Assembly (NCBI RefSeq): GCF_902652985.1
Contig: NC_047030.1
Location: forward strand, 21,824,001-21,888,000
Source: Pecten maximus
Taxonomy: Eukaryota
Direction: 5' to 3'
DNA: 64,000 bases
The notes under the pieces are model-generated. The model was not told the origin of the DNA. It saw only the letters and a program-made list of their open reading frames with translations, and did not search any database. Each line of letters opens with the position of its first letter. Position 1 is the first letter of the stretch. Both the position numbers and the translations under genes were made by a program. Below, in pieces: positions 39,459 to 53,100 of this stretch.

Positions 39459-40077
39459 ATAACATGTTTACTTTCTATCTTTAGCTTTATTATTTTATAT
39501 ATCAGCTATGTAAGTAGTGATATGTTATGCTAAATTAATTTATAATTACTAGTTCTGTCATCTCATAGATAATTAAAATCCTGCTGCACTTTTAAATTCA
39601 ATTTAATTCTAATGAAGTCTAACTGCACTGAACCGATTGATATTTTTGTAAAAATGCATTTGATTTATTGTTGTTAATTAAATGAGTTTAATTCTATAAA
39701 ACAACGTTATATTATTGATACCTTTTCATCTCTTCATTTATTGAAAAAAATATAATGTAGTGTGCTTTAGTTCAGTACAGTTATATTTGGTCAAGTAGTA
39801 ATACCGACAGTACAGTCGATAATTAATTCGCCGAAGGCCTATTGTAATAAATTACGAAACATCTAAGGCGGTGTACAGATGGTATATATAAATAGTTAAA
39901 TAAAAGATCTAAAACAAAATTGCTGAGCAAGTTAAAACGATTTGATGACAGCACATGTTTTGTAGTAAATGTTTATATAATATATTGTATTTGATCGCTA
40001 AAATAAATATCTATTAAATGATAATTACATAATAGCATTTTCTGTTACATGTTTTTATTTGTTTCCAGGTTTCAACA

Positions 40078-42111
40078 ATGCCCAAGGCAATTACATGCTG
40101 CTTATGCAGGAAAAGATGTAAAATTAACTTGAGGCGGAAGGTAACAGGAGGACCATTCCTTAAGTATCTTAAGAAAGCTCTGTGTCGTGACATTTGTAAT
40201 GACGATTTCGTTTGTAGTTCTTGTACAGCAAAGTTTTATAAATATGGAAAATCTACACGAACAAGTAATCATCATGTCAGCAATGTTCCAACATCATTTA
40301 GAAGCCCTAAAACTGTGAATCTTCAAATACTGTCTACTCCTAGAACACACAAATATTGTATTGTATGCCAAAAATATGGAAACAACAGATGCCATTTAAT
40401 ATCTATACCTAAAAATGCAAGGACTCAAGCGTTTATTGAACATGGAATTTTTATAGACTCTACAAATAGATGCTGTGCCAGTCATATAAAAGACAAATAT
40501 TTTGATACTGTATCTCTACAACTAATCAGAAGTACTAAGACATCAGACTTATTTTCCAGATCAGACATCACTGATTTACTCCAGAATGTTAGATCATTAA
40601 TGAAAACATCGTTTCATCTCAATTTTGATATACCCTCTGTGTTGTCAGATGCTAATTATTCCGAACTTACCGGACTAAATAAAGATCAATTTGCAGATCT
40701 TGCATCATACCTGGTGTCCGTTCGAAATACTACAGTTAGATCAACGCGCACATGTCTTGGGGTATTGCTTGTTAAACTGAAAACTGGATTGTCCAATGAA
40801 CTGATATCAGTACTTTTCGGATTGAAGAAATCACAAGTTCAAAGGAGTGTACATAGTGCCAGATCTGCATTGATCGACAATTTCGTGAATAAAAATTTAG
40901 GTTTTAACCACATTACCCATGATAACTTCTGTAAAGACCACACGTCGAGTATTGCCAAGGAACTTTTCACTACCAACAATAATCAGGCAGTCGTCGTTCT
41001 AGATGGGACATATATATATATTCAAAAAAGTGGAAACTACAAGTTCCAGCGTAGGTCCTATAGTTTACATAAACATCGACCTCTAGTAAAGCCTATGGTA
41101 ATTGTGGGTACCGATGGTTATATACTTAGTGTTCTAGGACCATATCTAGCAGATGGCAAAAACAATGACGCCGCAATTACAAAACATATGTTTGCCAACA
41201 ACTTACAAAACATTAACCAGTGGTTCAATGATGGTGATATGTGTATCGTTGACCGGGGCTTTCGGGATTCTGTTTCTTTTCTTGAGGAGCACGGTTATCG
41301 CGTTGAAATGCCACCTTACTTGAAAAAGGGAGCAAAGCAACACACAACACAAGACGCCAACTTATCGCGGCTAGTAACAAAGGTTCGCTGGATTGTGGAG
41401 AGTGTTAATGGCCGTATCAAGCAATATCGAATGATGGACAAAGTGGTCCCAAATACATATATCCATTGTATTGGTGATTTTATACAAATTATTTGTAGCA
41501 TCTTGAACAAATACAAAAAGCCTCTTTTGCAACCCACCGCATCCTCTGAGGAAATGGCTCGCAAAATGCTGATCAAATCAAAGGAGGAGAATCGTCTTCT
41601 TACTGAGCTGGAAGAACGTGGTCTTCTAAAAAAAAGATCAACGTATGTCACCATTGACGCCTCTGGAGAAGAACTTGACGACTTCCCAATTCTAACAAGT
41701 GACGATCTCAGAGATATTACCTTTGGTATATATCAAATCAAGCAAGCTTGTTCATACTCGAGAGAGCACATGTCAGATGACGGTGACTATGAGTTACTTG
41801 TTTGTAAGGAGGACACTGGCTTGTTGAAAGTCAGGATCCAAAGTCGGCATTGTAGCGGTGTTTTGCATTCATTATGGATTCGATATGATGTGTTTACTAT
41901 ACTTGGATGGTACTGTACATGTAAGGTCGGGGCTAGAGTGGTGGGTTGTTGTGCCCATATTGCAAGTGTGTTGTGGTACCTAGGTATCATCCGCCACCAA
42001 GACACCATTGAACCTTCTACTAAAGTGTCATCTGTATTAGATGCTGCAGATATGCCGGAAACTGACACCTCAGATAATTCAGATGATAGCGAATCAGTAA
42101 CTGAGGAGTAA
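40078..42111 (+). CDS. DDE transposase (DDE_Tnp_4/IS5-Harbinger-like) with Cys-rich N-terminus, HTH region and C-terminal SWIM zinc finger
   Basis: Intact 677-aa ORF with LDGTY, KNNDA, VDRGF and RWIVES catalytic motifs, ELTGLNKDQF HTH region and CTCKVGARVVGCCAH SWIM motif; splice acceptor TTTCCAG just upstream of the ATG. Confidence 0.93.
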   Translation: MPKAITCCLCRKRCKINLRRKVTGGPFLKYLKKALCRDICNDDFVCSSCTAKFYKYGKSTRTSNHHVSNVPTSFRSPKTVNLQILSTPRTHKYCIVCQKYGNNRCHLISIPKNARTQAFIEHGIFIDSTNRCCASHIKDKYFDTVSLQLIRSTKTSDLFSRSDITDLLQNVRSLMKTSFHLNFDIPSVLSDANYSELTGLNKDQFADLASYLVSVRNTTVRSTRTCLGVLLVKLKTGLSNELISVLFGLKKSQVQRSVHSARSALIDNFVNKNLGFNHITHDNFCKDHTSSIAKELFTTNNNQAVVVLDGTYIYIQKSGNYKFQRRSYSLHKHRPLVKPMVIVGTDGYILSVLGPYLADGKNNDAAITKHMFANNLQNINQWFNDGDMCIVDRGFRDSVSFLEEHGYRVEMPPYLKKGAKQHTTQDANLSRLVTKVRWIVESVNGRIKQYRMMDKVVPNTYIHCIGDFIQIICSILNKYKKPLLQPTASSEEMARKMLIKSKEENRLLTELEERGLLKKRSTYVTIDASGEELDDFPILTSDDLRDITFGIYQIKQACSYSREHMSDDGDYELLVCKEDTGLLKVRIQSRHCSGVLHSLWIRYDVFTILGWYCTCKVGARVVGCCAHIASVLWYLGIIRHQDTIEPSTKVSSVLDAADMPETDTSDNSDDSESVTEE

Positions 42112-42689
42112 ATATTTCATTATTTTAGCAGTACATAGTAATTACATGTATACTAACACATATATATGTGTACCAGATATATGATATTCATAAAGATATG
42201 TCTCTGTATATTCCATCTATTAGATACAATGTTTACTGTTTTATGAAATTTGCATGTACCATGTCTTTAGGATCACACGTCATAGCGAGATGCATAAAGA
42301 AATGGACCTTGCCAAATACCTTACAATGTATTTGTGCCTACTTTTCGGACATCGTGGTCCTAGTCAGAGGGCAATTACAATGAAACTGTATAACACTTTT
42401 ACCACACAATTATTTTGTTCATAATTGTTGCTGTCTTGGTCATATGAATCTTTAAGCCTGGTTTTATATGAAACCTTCTGTACCAGGACTCAGGAGTTAA
42501 TATAAAAGATTGTGTGTATTTTTCATAGAACTGAAGTTTCTTTAAATTGCAAAGATTTGCTTTCACTTGTGTGATTGAAGATTGTTATAATTTTGTCATA
42601 AATCTAGCCTTGGGACAGTAGTTGTGTCCTTTCTCTTGTTACTGTTTATTAACTATATCCATCCTTGTGATTGGTCATTAAACCCAATA

Positions 42690-44380
42690 ATGCTCATAAT
42701 TGTCATTAATCTTATCAATGCTCATGATTGTAATTAATCTTAACAATGCTCATGATTGGTCATGAATCTTAACAATGCTCATGATTGGTCATTACTCTTA
42801 ACAATGCTCATGATTGGTCATTAATCTTAACAATGCTCATGATTGGTCCTTAATCTTAACAATGCTCATGATTGTTATTAATCTTAACAATGCTCATGAT
42901 TGGTCATGAATCTTAACAATGCTCATGATTGGTCATTACCCTTAACAATGCTCATGATTGGTCATTAATCTTTACAATGCTCATGATTGGTCATTAATCT
43001 TAACAATGCTCATGATTGTTATTAATCTTAACAATGCTGATGATTGGTCATGAATCTTAACAATGCTCATGATTGGTCATTAATCTTAACAATGCTCATG
43101 ATTGGTCATTAATCTTAACAATGCTCATGATTGTTATTAATCTTAACAATGCTCATGATTGGTCATGAATCTTAACAATGCTCATGATTGGTCATTACCC
43201 TTAACAATGCTCATGATTGGTCATTAATCTTTACAATGCTCATGATTGGTCATTAATCTTAACAATGCTGATGATTGTTATTAATCTTAACAATGCTGAT
43301 GATTGGTCATGAATCTTAACAATGCTGATGATTGGTCATTACTCTTAACAATGCTCATGATTGGTCATTAATCTTAACAATGCTCATGATTGGTCATTAA
43401 TCTTAACAATGCTCATGATTGGTCATTAATCTTAACAATGCTCATGATTGGTCATTAATCTTAACAATGCTCATGATTGGTCATTACCCTTAACAATGCT
43501 CATGATTGGTCATTAATCTTAACAATGCTCATGATTGGTCCTTAATCTTAACAATGCTCATGATTGTTATTAATCTTAACAATGCTCATGATTGGTCATG
43601 AATCTTAACAATGCTCATGATTGGTCATTACCCTTAACAATGCTCATGATTGGTCATTAATCTTTACAATGCTCATGATTGGTCATTAATCTTAACAATG
43701 CTCATGATTGTTATTAATCTTAACAATGCTGATGATTGGTAATGAATCTTAACAATGCTCATGATTGGTCATTAATCTTAACAATGCTCATGATTGGTCA
43801 TTAATCTTAACAATGCTCATGATTGTTATTAATCTTAACAATGCTCATGATTGGTCATGAATCTTAACAATGCTCATGATTGGTCATTACCCTTAACAAT
43901 GCTCATGATTGGTCATTAATCTTTACAATGCTCATGATTGGTCATTAATCTTAACAATGCTGATGATTGTTATTAATCTTAACAATGCTGATGATTGGTC
44001 ATGAATCTTAACAATGCTGATGATTGGTCATTACTCTTAACAATGCTCATGATTGGTCATTAATCTTAACAATGCTCATGATTGGTCATTAATCTTTACA
44101 ATGCTCATGATTGGTCATTAATCTTAACAATGCTGATGATTGTTATTAATCTTAACAATGCTGATGATTGGTCATGAATCTTAACAATGCTCATGATTGG
44201 TCATGAATCTTAACAATGCTCATGATTGGTCATTAATCTTAACAATGCTCATGATTGGTCATTAATCTTAACAATGCTCATGATTGGTCATTACCCTTAA
44301 CAATGCTCATGATTGGTCATTTATCTTTACAATGCTCATGATTGGTCATTACTCTTAACAATGCTCATGATTATTCATTA
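42690..44380. repeat. 29-bp satellite (CTTAACAATGCTCATGATTGGTCATTAAT) inside the Spy element
   Basis: Period 29 (42739 to 42768); variant pattern repeats at 692 bp. Confidence 0.97.
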
Positions 44381-44739
44381 ATCCTCTTTGCGATTAGTCA
44401 ACAATCATATTCATCTTTTTGACTGCTGATTAATCATTTCCCTCTTTGTGACTGCTTAGTGACTGATTAATCATATACATTTTGTGACTGGTTAGTGATC
44501 ATATTCAGTCTTTTCTATTTGTCATAGCAATACAGTTGAAAAAAACATGTACAGTTCATGTATTTACATTACATCAGCGTGTTGTTGTTACACAATCGTA
44601 AATACTGGAAGCTGATGAAGATATCAAAGTAGTTCGTTTGCAAAGTAGCCAGAACAAACTAAATGATATTTGACGGTAAAGGAGAAGGTAAGGGAAAGGG
44701 CCAGATACATCTACAATTCTGAATGTAAAAGAATTCCGC

Positions 44740-45335
44740 CTGTTCTGTGCTACATCTTTTTATACTTTGAAGTTGTGACCGCGAGTTCTTTCGTTAGTAT
44801 CAAAAGTGAATAATTTTGAGGTGACTTTTCCATGGAAGATATTGTTAATTATTTTGAAAACTGTTATTAAGTGTCCTTCCATCCTGCGATACTTCAATGT
44901 GGGGAGTTTCATCCCGAGTCTTTCTTTGTACGCAAGTTTCTTCCTCCCTGGAAGGAGCTTAGTATCTTTTCGTTGAACGTTTTCGATAGCTTGAATATCT
45001 TTCAATTGATAAGAATTCCGGGCACATGCTGCATACGAGCGTATTCTAAGTGTGGCCTGGTTAATGTTATGAACAGTTGTTTGAATATAGACTCCAAATA
45101 TGTAAAAGATCTTCTGATTTGACCAAGTTGTAGCTGGTATTTTCGTGTTATCCTTATATGCAATGCCCTGCATTTGTTAAAATAGAATCTTAACGGCCAG
45201 TCTACTGACCATTTTTGGAGGCTATCTAAACCTGATTGCAGAATACTAGCATATTCTTGATTCTTAATATTGCGATATGATTTTGTGTCCTCAGCAAACA
45301 GAGGACAGGGTGATATTGAGTTATCCGGCATATGA
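44740..45335 (-). pseudogene. Decayed CR1/L2-type LINE reverse transcriptase fragment nested in the Spy element
   Basis: LFAEDTK (cf. FADD), LQSGLDSLQKWSVDWPLRF, LTRPHLEYA, IENVQRK, YKERL, LPTLKYRR, RTRGHNFK; spread over shifted frames. Confidence 0.88.
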
Positions 45336-46244
45336 TTGATATGTATCAATGATATATATATAATGATGTTATACTTATGTAGCAACAAATTGATGCATTT
45401 GGTTTGTAATGAGTTATTGTATGCAAATAAAAATGCTATGATGATATGTAAATAAACATGATTGTAATTCGCAATTAAATTAGTATTCTTGCATATTTTA
45501 TTCAGCAAATGTTTTTGTTTTACAATACAATGAAACTAATGTGTATGCATTTGTTTGATTCAAAAATAATAAATGCATTTACACATATACTTTTTATCTG
45601 GCTTATAACTTGCATTTTCATTGGCTTAAAACTTGATGTTATCAGCCCATAACAAAACATTGACGTTATTGTTTCGTATGTCACTTTTGATCAACTGATA
45701 CAGTGGCGTAATGGTTTCTAAGAGAAGAGGCCATCAACAATACAGGATTTCCACAGCATTGTGTATAGTATTTTTCTAATCAAAATGATAAACTTCAATA
45801 CATTTTAATCTTATGAAGCTAAAAAAAAGTATTCTCATCAGGCTGCAAAATCGGAGTGTGCGCTTGTCATAAATCGCGGTTTATTCAGAGGACATACTTG
45901 TGTGTTTGGGCAAGGTTGAGTGTGTGTGTGTGTGTGTGTTTATTTCCATAACATATAACTATGTGGAAGTTACTCCTCATACAAAAATATATAGTAGTTG
46001 TTTATAGTTTAAATAAGACACTGATACAAAGACAATGTTGCAAATATGGACCTCAAATATACCTCAAATGGCTAAATTAGCCAATTTTGCAATGCTCAAA
46101 ATGGCGCCCCCTACATGGTTACCATGGCAACGGAGCACTCTTAATGTTATATTTTATTAATCAGTATACATTTATCTTCAAATATATACAGGACATTAAA
46201 TGTTTCTTTTGGGGGCAAAATATGGCCCTTATCCTACCTACTCC

Positions 46245-49170
46245 TTTCTTGTTCAAAATCATTATCTTATTTCATGTTTACAATCATTATCTCATTTCTT
46301 GTTTACAATCACTATTTCATTCTTATTTACAATCACAATTTCATTCTTGTTTACAATCACTATTTTATTTCTTGTTTACAATCACTTTTTTATTTGTTTA
46401 CAATCACTATTTTATTTCTTGTTTACAGTCACTATTTTATTCTTGTTTACAATCACTATTTTATTTCTTGTTTACAATCACTATTTTATTCTTATTTACA
46501 ATCACTATTTTATTCTTGTTTACAATCACTATTTTATTCTTGTTTACAATCATTATCTCATTTCTTGTTTACAATCACTATTTCATTCTTATTTACAATC
46601 ACTATTTTATTTCTTGTTTACAATCACTATTTCATTCTTATTTACAATCACTATTTTATTCTTGTTTACAGTCACTATTTTATTCTTGTTTACAATCACT
46701 ATTTTATTTCTTGTTTACAATCACTATTTTATTCTTGTTTACAATCACTATTTTATTTCTTGTTTACAATCACTATTTTATTCTTGTTTACAATCACAAT
46801 TTTATTTGTTTACAATCACTATTTTATTTCTTGTTTACAATCACTATTTTATTCTTGTTTACAATCACTATTTTATTTCTTGTTTACAATCACTATTTTA
46901 TTCTTGTTTACAATCACTATTTTATTTGTTTACAATCACTATTTTATTTCTTGTTTACAATCACTATTTTATTCTTGTTTACAATCACTATTTTATTTGT
47001 TTACAATCACTATTTTATTTCTTGTTTACAATCACTATTTTATTCTTGTTTACAATCACTATTTTATTTCTTGTTTACAATCACTATTTTATTCTTGTTT
47101 ACAATCAATATTTTATTTCTTGTTTATAATCACTATTTTATTCTTGTTTACAATCACTATTTTATTCTTGTTTACAATCACTATTTTATTCTTATTTACA
47201 ATTACTATTTTATTCTTGTTTACAATCACTATTTAATTTGTTTACAATCACTATTTTATTCTTGTTTACAATCAATATTTCATTTCTTGTTTACAATCAA
47301 TATTTTATTTGTTTACAATCAATATTTTATTTGTTTACAATCACTATTTTATTCTTATTTACAATTACTATTTTATTTCATGTTTACAATCATTATCTTA
47401 TTTCATGTTCACAATCACTATCTTATTTCATGTTTACAATCACTATCTTATTTCATGTTCACAATCACTATCTTATTCATGTTCACAATCATTATCTTAT
47501 TTCATGTTTACAATCACTATCTTATTTCATGTTTAAAATCATTATCTTATTTCATGTTCACAATCACTATCTTATTTCATGTTTACAATCACTATCTTAT
47601 TTCATGTTCACAATCACTATCTTATTCATGTTTACAATCATTATCTTATTTCATGTTTACAATCATTATCTTATTTCATGTTCACAATCATTATCTTATT
47701 TCATGTTTACAATCATTATCTTATTTCATGTTTACAATCATTATCTTATTTCATGTTTACAATCATTATCTTATTTCATGTTCACAATCATTATCTTATT
47801 TCATGTTTACCATCATTATCTCATTTCTTGTTTACAATCACTATTTCATTCTTGTTTACAATCACTATTTCATTCTTGTTTACAATCACTAATTCATTCT
47901 TGTTTACAATCACTATTTTATTTGTTTACAATCACTATTTTATTCTTGTTTACAATCACTATTTCATTCTTGTTTACAATCACTATTTTATTCTTGTTTA
48001 CAATCACTATTTCATTCTTGTTTACAATCACTATTTCATTCTTGTTTACAATCACTATTTTATTCTTATTTACAATCACTATTTCATTCTTGTTTACAAT
48101 CACTATTTTATTTGTTTACAATCACTATTTTATTCTTGTTTACAATCACTATTTTATTTGTTTACAATCAATATTTAATTTGTTTACAATCACTATTTTA
48201 TTTCTTGTTTACAATCACTATTTTATTTCTTGTTTACAATCACTATTTTATTTCTTGCTTACAATCACTATTTTATTCTTGTTTACAATCACTTTTTTAT
48301 TCTTGTTTACAATGCTATTTTATTTGTTTACAATCACTATTTTATTTCTTGTTTACAATCACTATTTTATTCTTGTTTACAATCACTATTTTATTTCTTG
48401 TTTACAATCAATATTTTATTTCTTGTTTACAATCACTATTTTATTCTTGTTTACAATCACTATTTCATTCCTGTTTACAATCACTATTTTATTCTTGTTT
48501 ACAATCACTATTTTATTTTTGTTTACAATCACTATTTTATTCTTGTTTACAATCACTATTTTATTCTTATTTACAATCACTACTTCATTCTTGTTTACAA
48601 TCACTATTTTATTCTTATTTACAATCACTATTTCATTCTTGTTTACAATCACTATTTCATTCTTGTTTACAATCACTATTTCATTCTTGTTTACAATCAC
48701 TATTTCATTCCTGTTTACAATCACTATTTTATTCTTGTTTACAATCACTATTTTATTTTTGTTTACAATCACTATTTTATTCTTGTTTACAATCACTATT
48801 TTATTCTTATTTACAATCACTACTTCATTCTTGTTTACAATCACTATTTTATTCTTATTTACAATCACTATTTCATTCTTGTTTACAATCACTATTTCAT
48901 TCTTGTTTACAATCACTATTTCATTCTTGTTTACAATCACTATTTTATTCTTGTTTACAATCACTATTTTATTCTTATTTACAATCACTATTTCATTCTT
49001 TGTTTACAATCACTATTTCATTCTTGTTTACAATCACTATTTCATTTCTTGTTTACAATCACTATTTTATTCTTATTTACAATCACTATTTTATTTGTTA
49101 ACAATCAATATTAAATTTCTTGTTCACAATCACTATCTTATTTCATGTTCACAATCATTATCTTATTTAT
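46245..49170. repeat. ~24-bp AT-rich minisatellite (TTGTTTACAATCACTATTTTATTC; 21-25-bp variants); its first two units lie left of the Spy element at ~37370-37413
   Basis: Direct periodicity; accounts for all LFTITI/VYNHYF/CLQSLF ORFs. Confidence 0.97.
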
Positions 49171-50166
49171 TTGTTCTCGACCTTAACTTTATAGCAAAGT
49201 AACAGTGACAGCTCATGACTAAGCGGTATGGCTAGTGTGATAATGTCATTTTCCTTCTAAATAGTTTTTCTTTTTCTCCAAAATAGCACTGTTCCTGTTA
49301 CCAGGTGTTAAAGTTGATTCGATATTCAAATACTTGTTCCCAAGTTCCTTAACAGGTCTGTTTAAGGAGATCCCGGGGAAGGTTTATAGTCTACATCATA
49401 ACTTTATTGGGAAAAATAAGATTAAAATTGTGCGATATGAATCAGACGTGTTAAAAGCTAGATAATATGCCTGGTAGATCCATTTTCACCACCCTAGTTC
49501 TCATACCGAGGGCGTGACATAACTACATTTAGAAGACGAGTGTGGTCGATGAAGCAGAAGACGCTCTCCCTTTTGGAACACCTGGTCGTGTTTTCTTGGT
49601 ACTTTTGTCAACGGTTTACGTGCTAATCGGTATATTTTGCTCTCGTTTTATCAATTTTGAGCAAGAATTACATGTCGGTATTTGTTTTTGTGTTGTGAAA
49701 TTGAATTGACACGCACACGAAAGCTTAAGCCTATTTGTATTTGTAGTGAAGATTTTAATTCAAAATTAATCCAAAACATGAGGTAGTCGATTTGAGCTTG
49801 TGTGATACAATACACGGCAGCGTAACAGTAGTATGTTGATTCATGTAATTTTGTTTTCTGTCGTTTCCTGTACGCATGGAGTAAACTTAGACGTTTTGGT
49901 AGAATTTTCCTTCTAATCGAACAATTCTTCATGTTGGAATATCGAAGTATTAATGCAAAGGCCGCTGATTGTTATGACAACTATTTATACCTGAGCAGGT
50001 GTGCGATGACTTTTAATGTCTCCGTTATATGGCGATTGTAACACTCAGCAACAACATTAACTATTTCATTGCTTTCTTCCTTGCGCATGCGTATTTCGAA
50101 AGATTGTCGTCATCCGAATATCTGATATAAATGGTGATGTGGGCGAGGTAGCGGGATTTGTTGAGT

Positions 50167-53100
50167 ATGCAACGTACGACGACACACCCGACTACAAGTA
50201 TGGCGCAAGGTAAGAATTGTTTATTTCATACAGATACATGTTTGTAGAAAGCAGTACTTTAATGTTCACTAGTTGTATATTTAAGTGGGCTTTTGTTCAC
50301 GTAGGCTTGTGTTCAAGTAGGTGTTGTTCAAGTAGGCGTGTGTTCAAGTCGGGGCTTTCATATATGAGAGTGTTCATGTATGGGTGCGTTCATTTAGACA
50401 TGTAATGTATGTTTCTTTTTCGTGGTGGTAAATACAATACAAACTTATATAGAAGTTTAGTTAAAGTCTTTGGTTTGATATTAATAAAAAAAAACAAGTA
50501 AATTTTCGAATTAAGAATAGAGCTATTATGTTTATTTAGATTGTCACATTGAAATTAAAAGATATGAAGTAAACACATCGTATCTAAGGATCAGATGAAT
50601 GGCAGATATTGTATGCTCTACCTGAATTTTTACTAAAAATCAAATATCTAAGTTTATTTTTCATACAATAAGACACATGTGAAACTCATCTTAAAATCTT
50701 TTTTATCAGTGGTGTAATTTATATAATTTTGCCGTATTTTATTAGAGATAAAACATTTCGGAAGGAATAACATTGTCCTTGTTGTGTTTGTGGCACTGTC
50801 TTCCAACAGACTAACGGTATACCAACGAAAACAATATGTTACTCTATTCTACTTCAAACTCACTTGTGTTTACTTCCACGCAAGGTTGAATTTACTTAGA
50901 ACATGCAGCAAAGACCGCGTCATGGGATTTATAGAGATGGTACGTAGTGCTCTCTTCACATTTTTTCAGTGTACAATTATTTATTGGCATGAAGTGTTTC
51001 ATGTGGTGCATAAATGATGGCATTTTATTAACGATTTGATGTGCACAAAATACAATTCATTTTTTGTTAGGGTATCTAGATAAGCCTGTTAGAGTCTTGT
51101 TTCATCCAATTTCCACAATAATAAGCTGGGTATCTAACATTCTTGATTTTAGTTATTGTGCTGACTTTTCACTAAACCAACCTTTTTAACACGTTTTTTC
51201 ATCTACATCCATCAGTTGTTTTACTTTACCGAGATCATTGATATTAAAAGTAAGTACTTACATTGGATCATTGAATGGTGTTGCAAAAATTAGCCTCACT
51301 CACTAACATCAGTAAATACAATATGCAGAATTATTTCCTCAAAACATTGCACATCGAGTTTCAAAATTGCTATATATTACTTTATATGTTATCGAGATAA
51401 ATTATATCTTTCTGGAAGATTAGTCACCATCAGATCACAAGGGAATAACTGGTCCAGACAATCGTCTGTGATTATAGAAAGAAGAATTATTATCACTTTT
51501 ACATTCATACCGCTTTTAGTAAAATTAGCACTGGTGGGTAGCTACTTGTCAGTAGTCATAACATAGTGGTCAAGTTTCAGATAAAACAAAATCTTAAGTG
51601 GAGATTAAAAAGCGATTCTTATCATGCTCTATTTTACACTGGTTCTCTGTCCTATAGGGACCACATCAATTCAATTATGATGTTCCTGACCAAATATTGT
51701 TAAAGTTCATCTATATAGGAGAAAATATTCAACCTCAAACACGAATAGATATTTACAAACTTGGACAACAAAATTCATGCAATATATACTAAGTTGGAAA
51801 TGTTGTTCATTAAAATCATCTATAATTTGCTTAAGATGCTAACAGTTTCTTTTATAAAGTTACTTTGTGGCAAGATGAAGCATGAAAGTCACGCAAATAA
51901 TCAAACCTGAAAATTGCCAAGCTGTTATGCTCACAAGTGTCTAGAACACACAATAGTAGCATTTTTTTTATGTCATATTTTTGTAACCATATTCACAGCC
52001 GCCATTTGCATTTCCAGGTCAAAACAAAATTAGTGTTTATACATTTTGTGCTTTAGACACTTGTGAGGAAAACGGCATTACTATTTTGTGCAATATTTAT
52101 GACACAAATGAGCTAACTATGTCCCCCTCGGATGTTTTGTTGATTTGTTTTTACAAGCTTAACAAATTGCATGTCAACAGCAACCCCAATGGTTTGCCAT
52201 GATGCATACTAATATTGATCAGGTTACTTCTGTTAAATTATAATCCATATAACCTACTTCAACGACATTTGATCTAAGGGCAGAAAGAATGAAGAAATAT
52301 TTAGATTGCATAATCCATGAGGTTTCTCTACTGTTTATGGTAAACACAGTTTTGAAATATCTCGTTTCACCGCTCAAATTAATATAAAAATAAATAATAA
52401 ATACGTTTGATGTATATAACCGAAGGAAATGTTTCTGTTTCAGGTCTTGTCCCTGAACCTAAATCCAAAGATGACGCCAGGGATTTCTGCCACATTGATA
52501 TTGGCGGGAATAAATATGAAATCAGCAAGAACGTGATGAAGTCGGTACCGGGCTCCCGCCTCTACAGGATAGCCAGGGATGCAAGATGTGGCAGTTTCTT
52601 CGAGCGTCCTCGGGGACCTTTCGAGTCTATTCTGGCTTATCACCAGACCGGCCAGTTGCATATGCCGGCAGATATCTGCCCTGGGGTCTTCAAACAGGAG
52701 ATGAAATTCTGGGGTGTTAACCCGGATGTAATGGAGAACTGTTGTTACCACCGTTACGTCACGTTCGCACGAGACCAGGAGATACTAACTGGTTTCTTAG
52801 AGCAAACAATACAGCGAGAAGAAAAACTGGTAGCATTGTTGTCGGATAGGTCATCACGTTTAGCACGAGTGAGAGCCCGGATATGGAGCGTTCTTGACAA
52901 TAAGGATGATTCTGTTGTAACCAAGGTAACAATGTTATTACAGCTGAGTATTGATGACGTACGTTTATTTAGCAGGATATGAATTCTGTTTGCAGACAAA
53001 TATAAATACGTAACGCGAATAACACAGTGCTAAGAAATAATGATAATCAATACCACATTAGAACACTTGTTAATTATCAAAGAAATAACATTTCCTTTCT

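Larger units (their letters stand above)
37414..46244 (+). mobile_element. Full-length Spy-type (PIF/Harbinger-ISL2EU-Spy group) DNA transposon, 8.8 kb
   Basis: Imperfect ~33-bp TIRs GGAGTAGATGGGATAAGCCCATGATTTCGCCCC and (rc) GGAGTAGGTAGGATAAGGGCCATATTTTGCCCC. Flanks ...AATATTAAA| and |TTTCTTGTTC rejoin to AAATTT with no TSD; the empty-site motif CAATATTAAATTTCTTGTTC is seen at ~49106. Encodes an IS5/Harbinger-like transposase. Confidence 0.85.

Noticed and set aside
42150-46050. Second (accessory) gene in the transposon on the minus strand
   Set aside because: Could not assemble open, phase-compatible exons with recognisable Myb/SANT or YqaJ motifs.
46087-49202. Very long hydrophobic ORFs (601, 654 aa and others)
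   Set aside because: Open in several frames because the 24-bp minisatellite lacks stops; no protein-like complexity.
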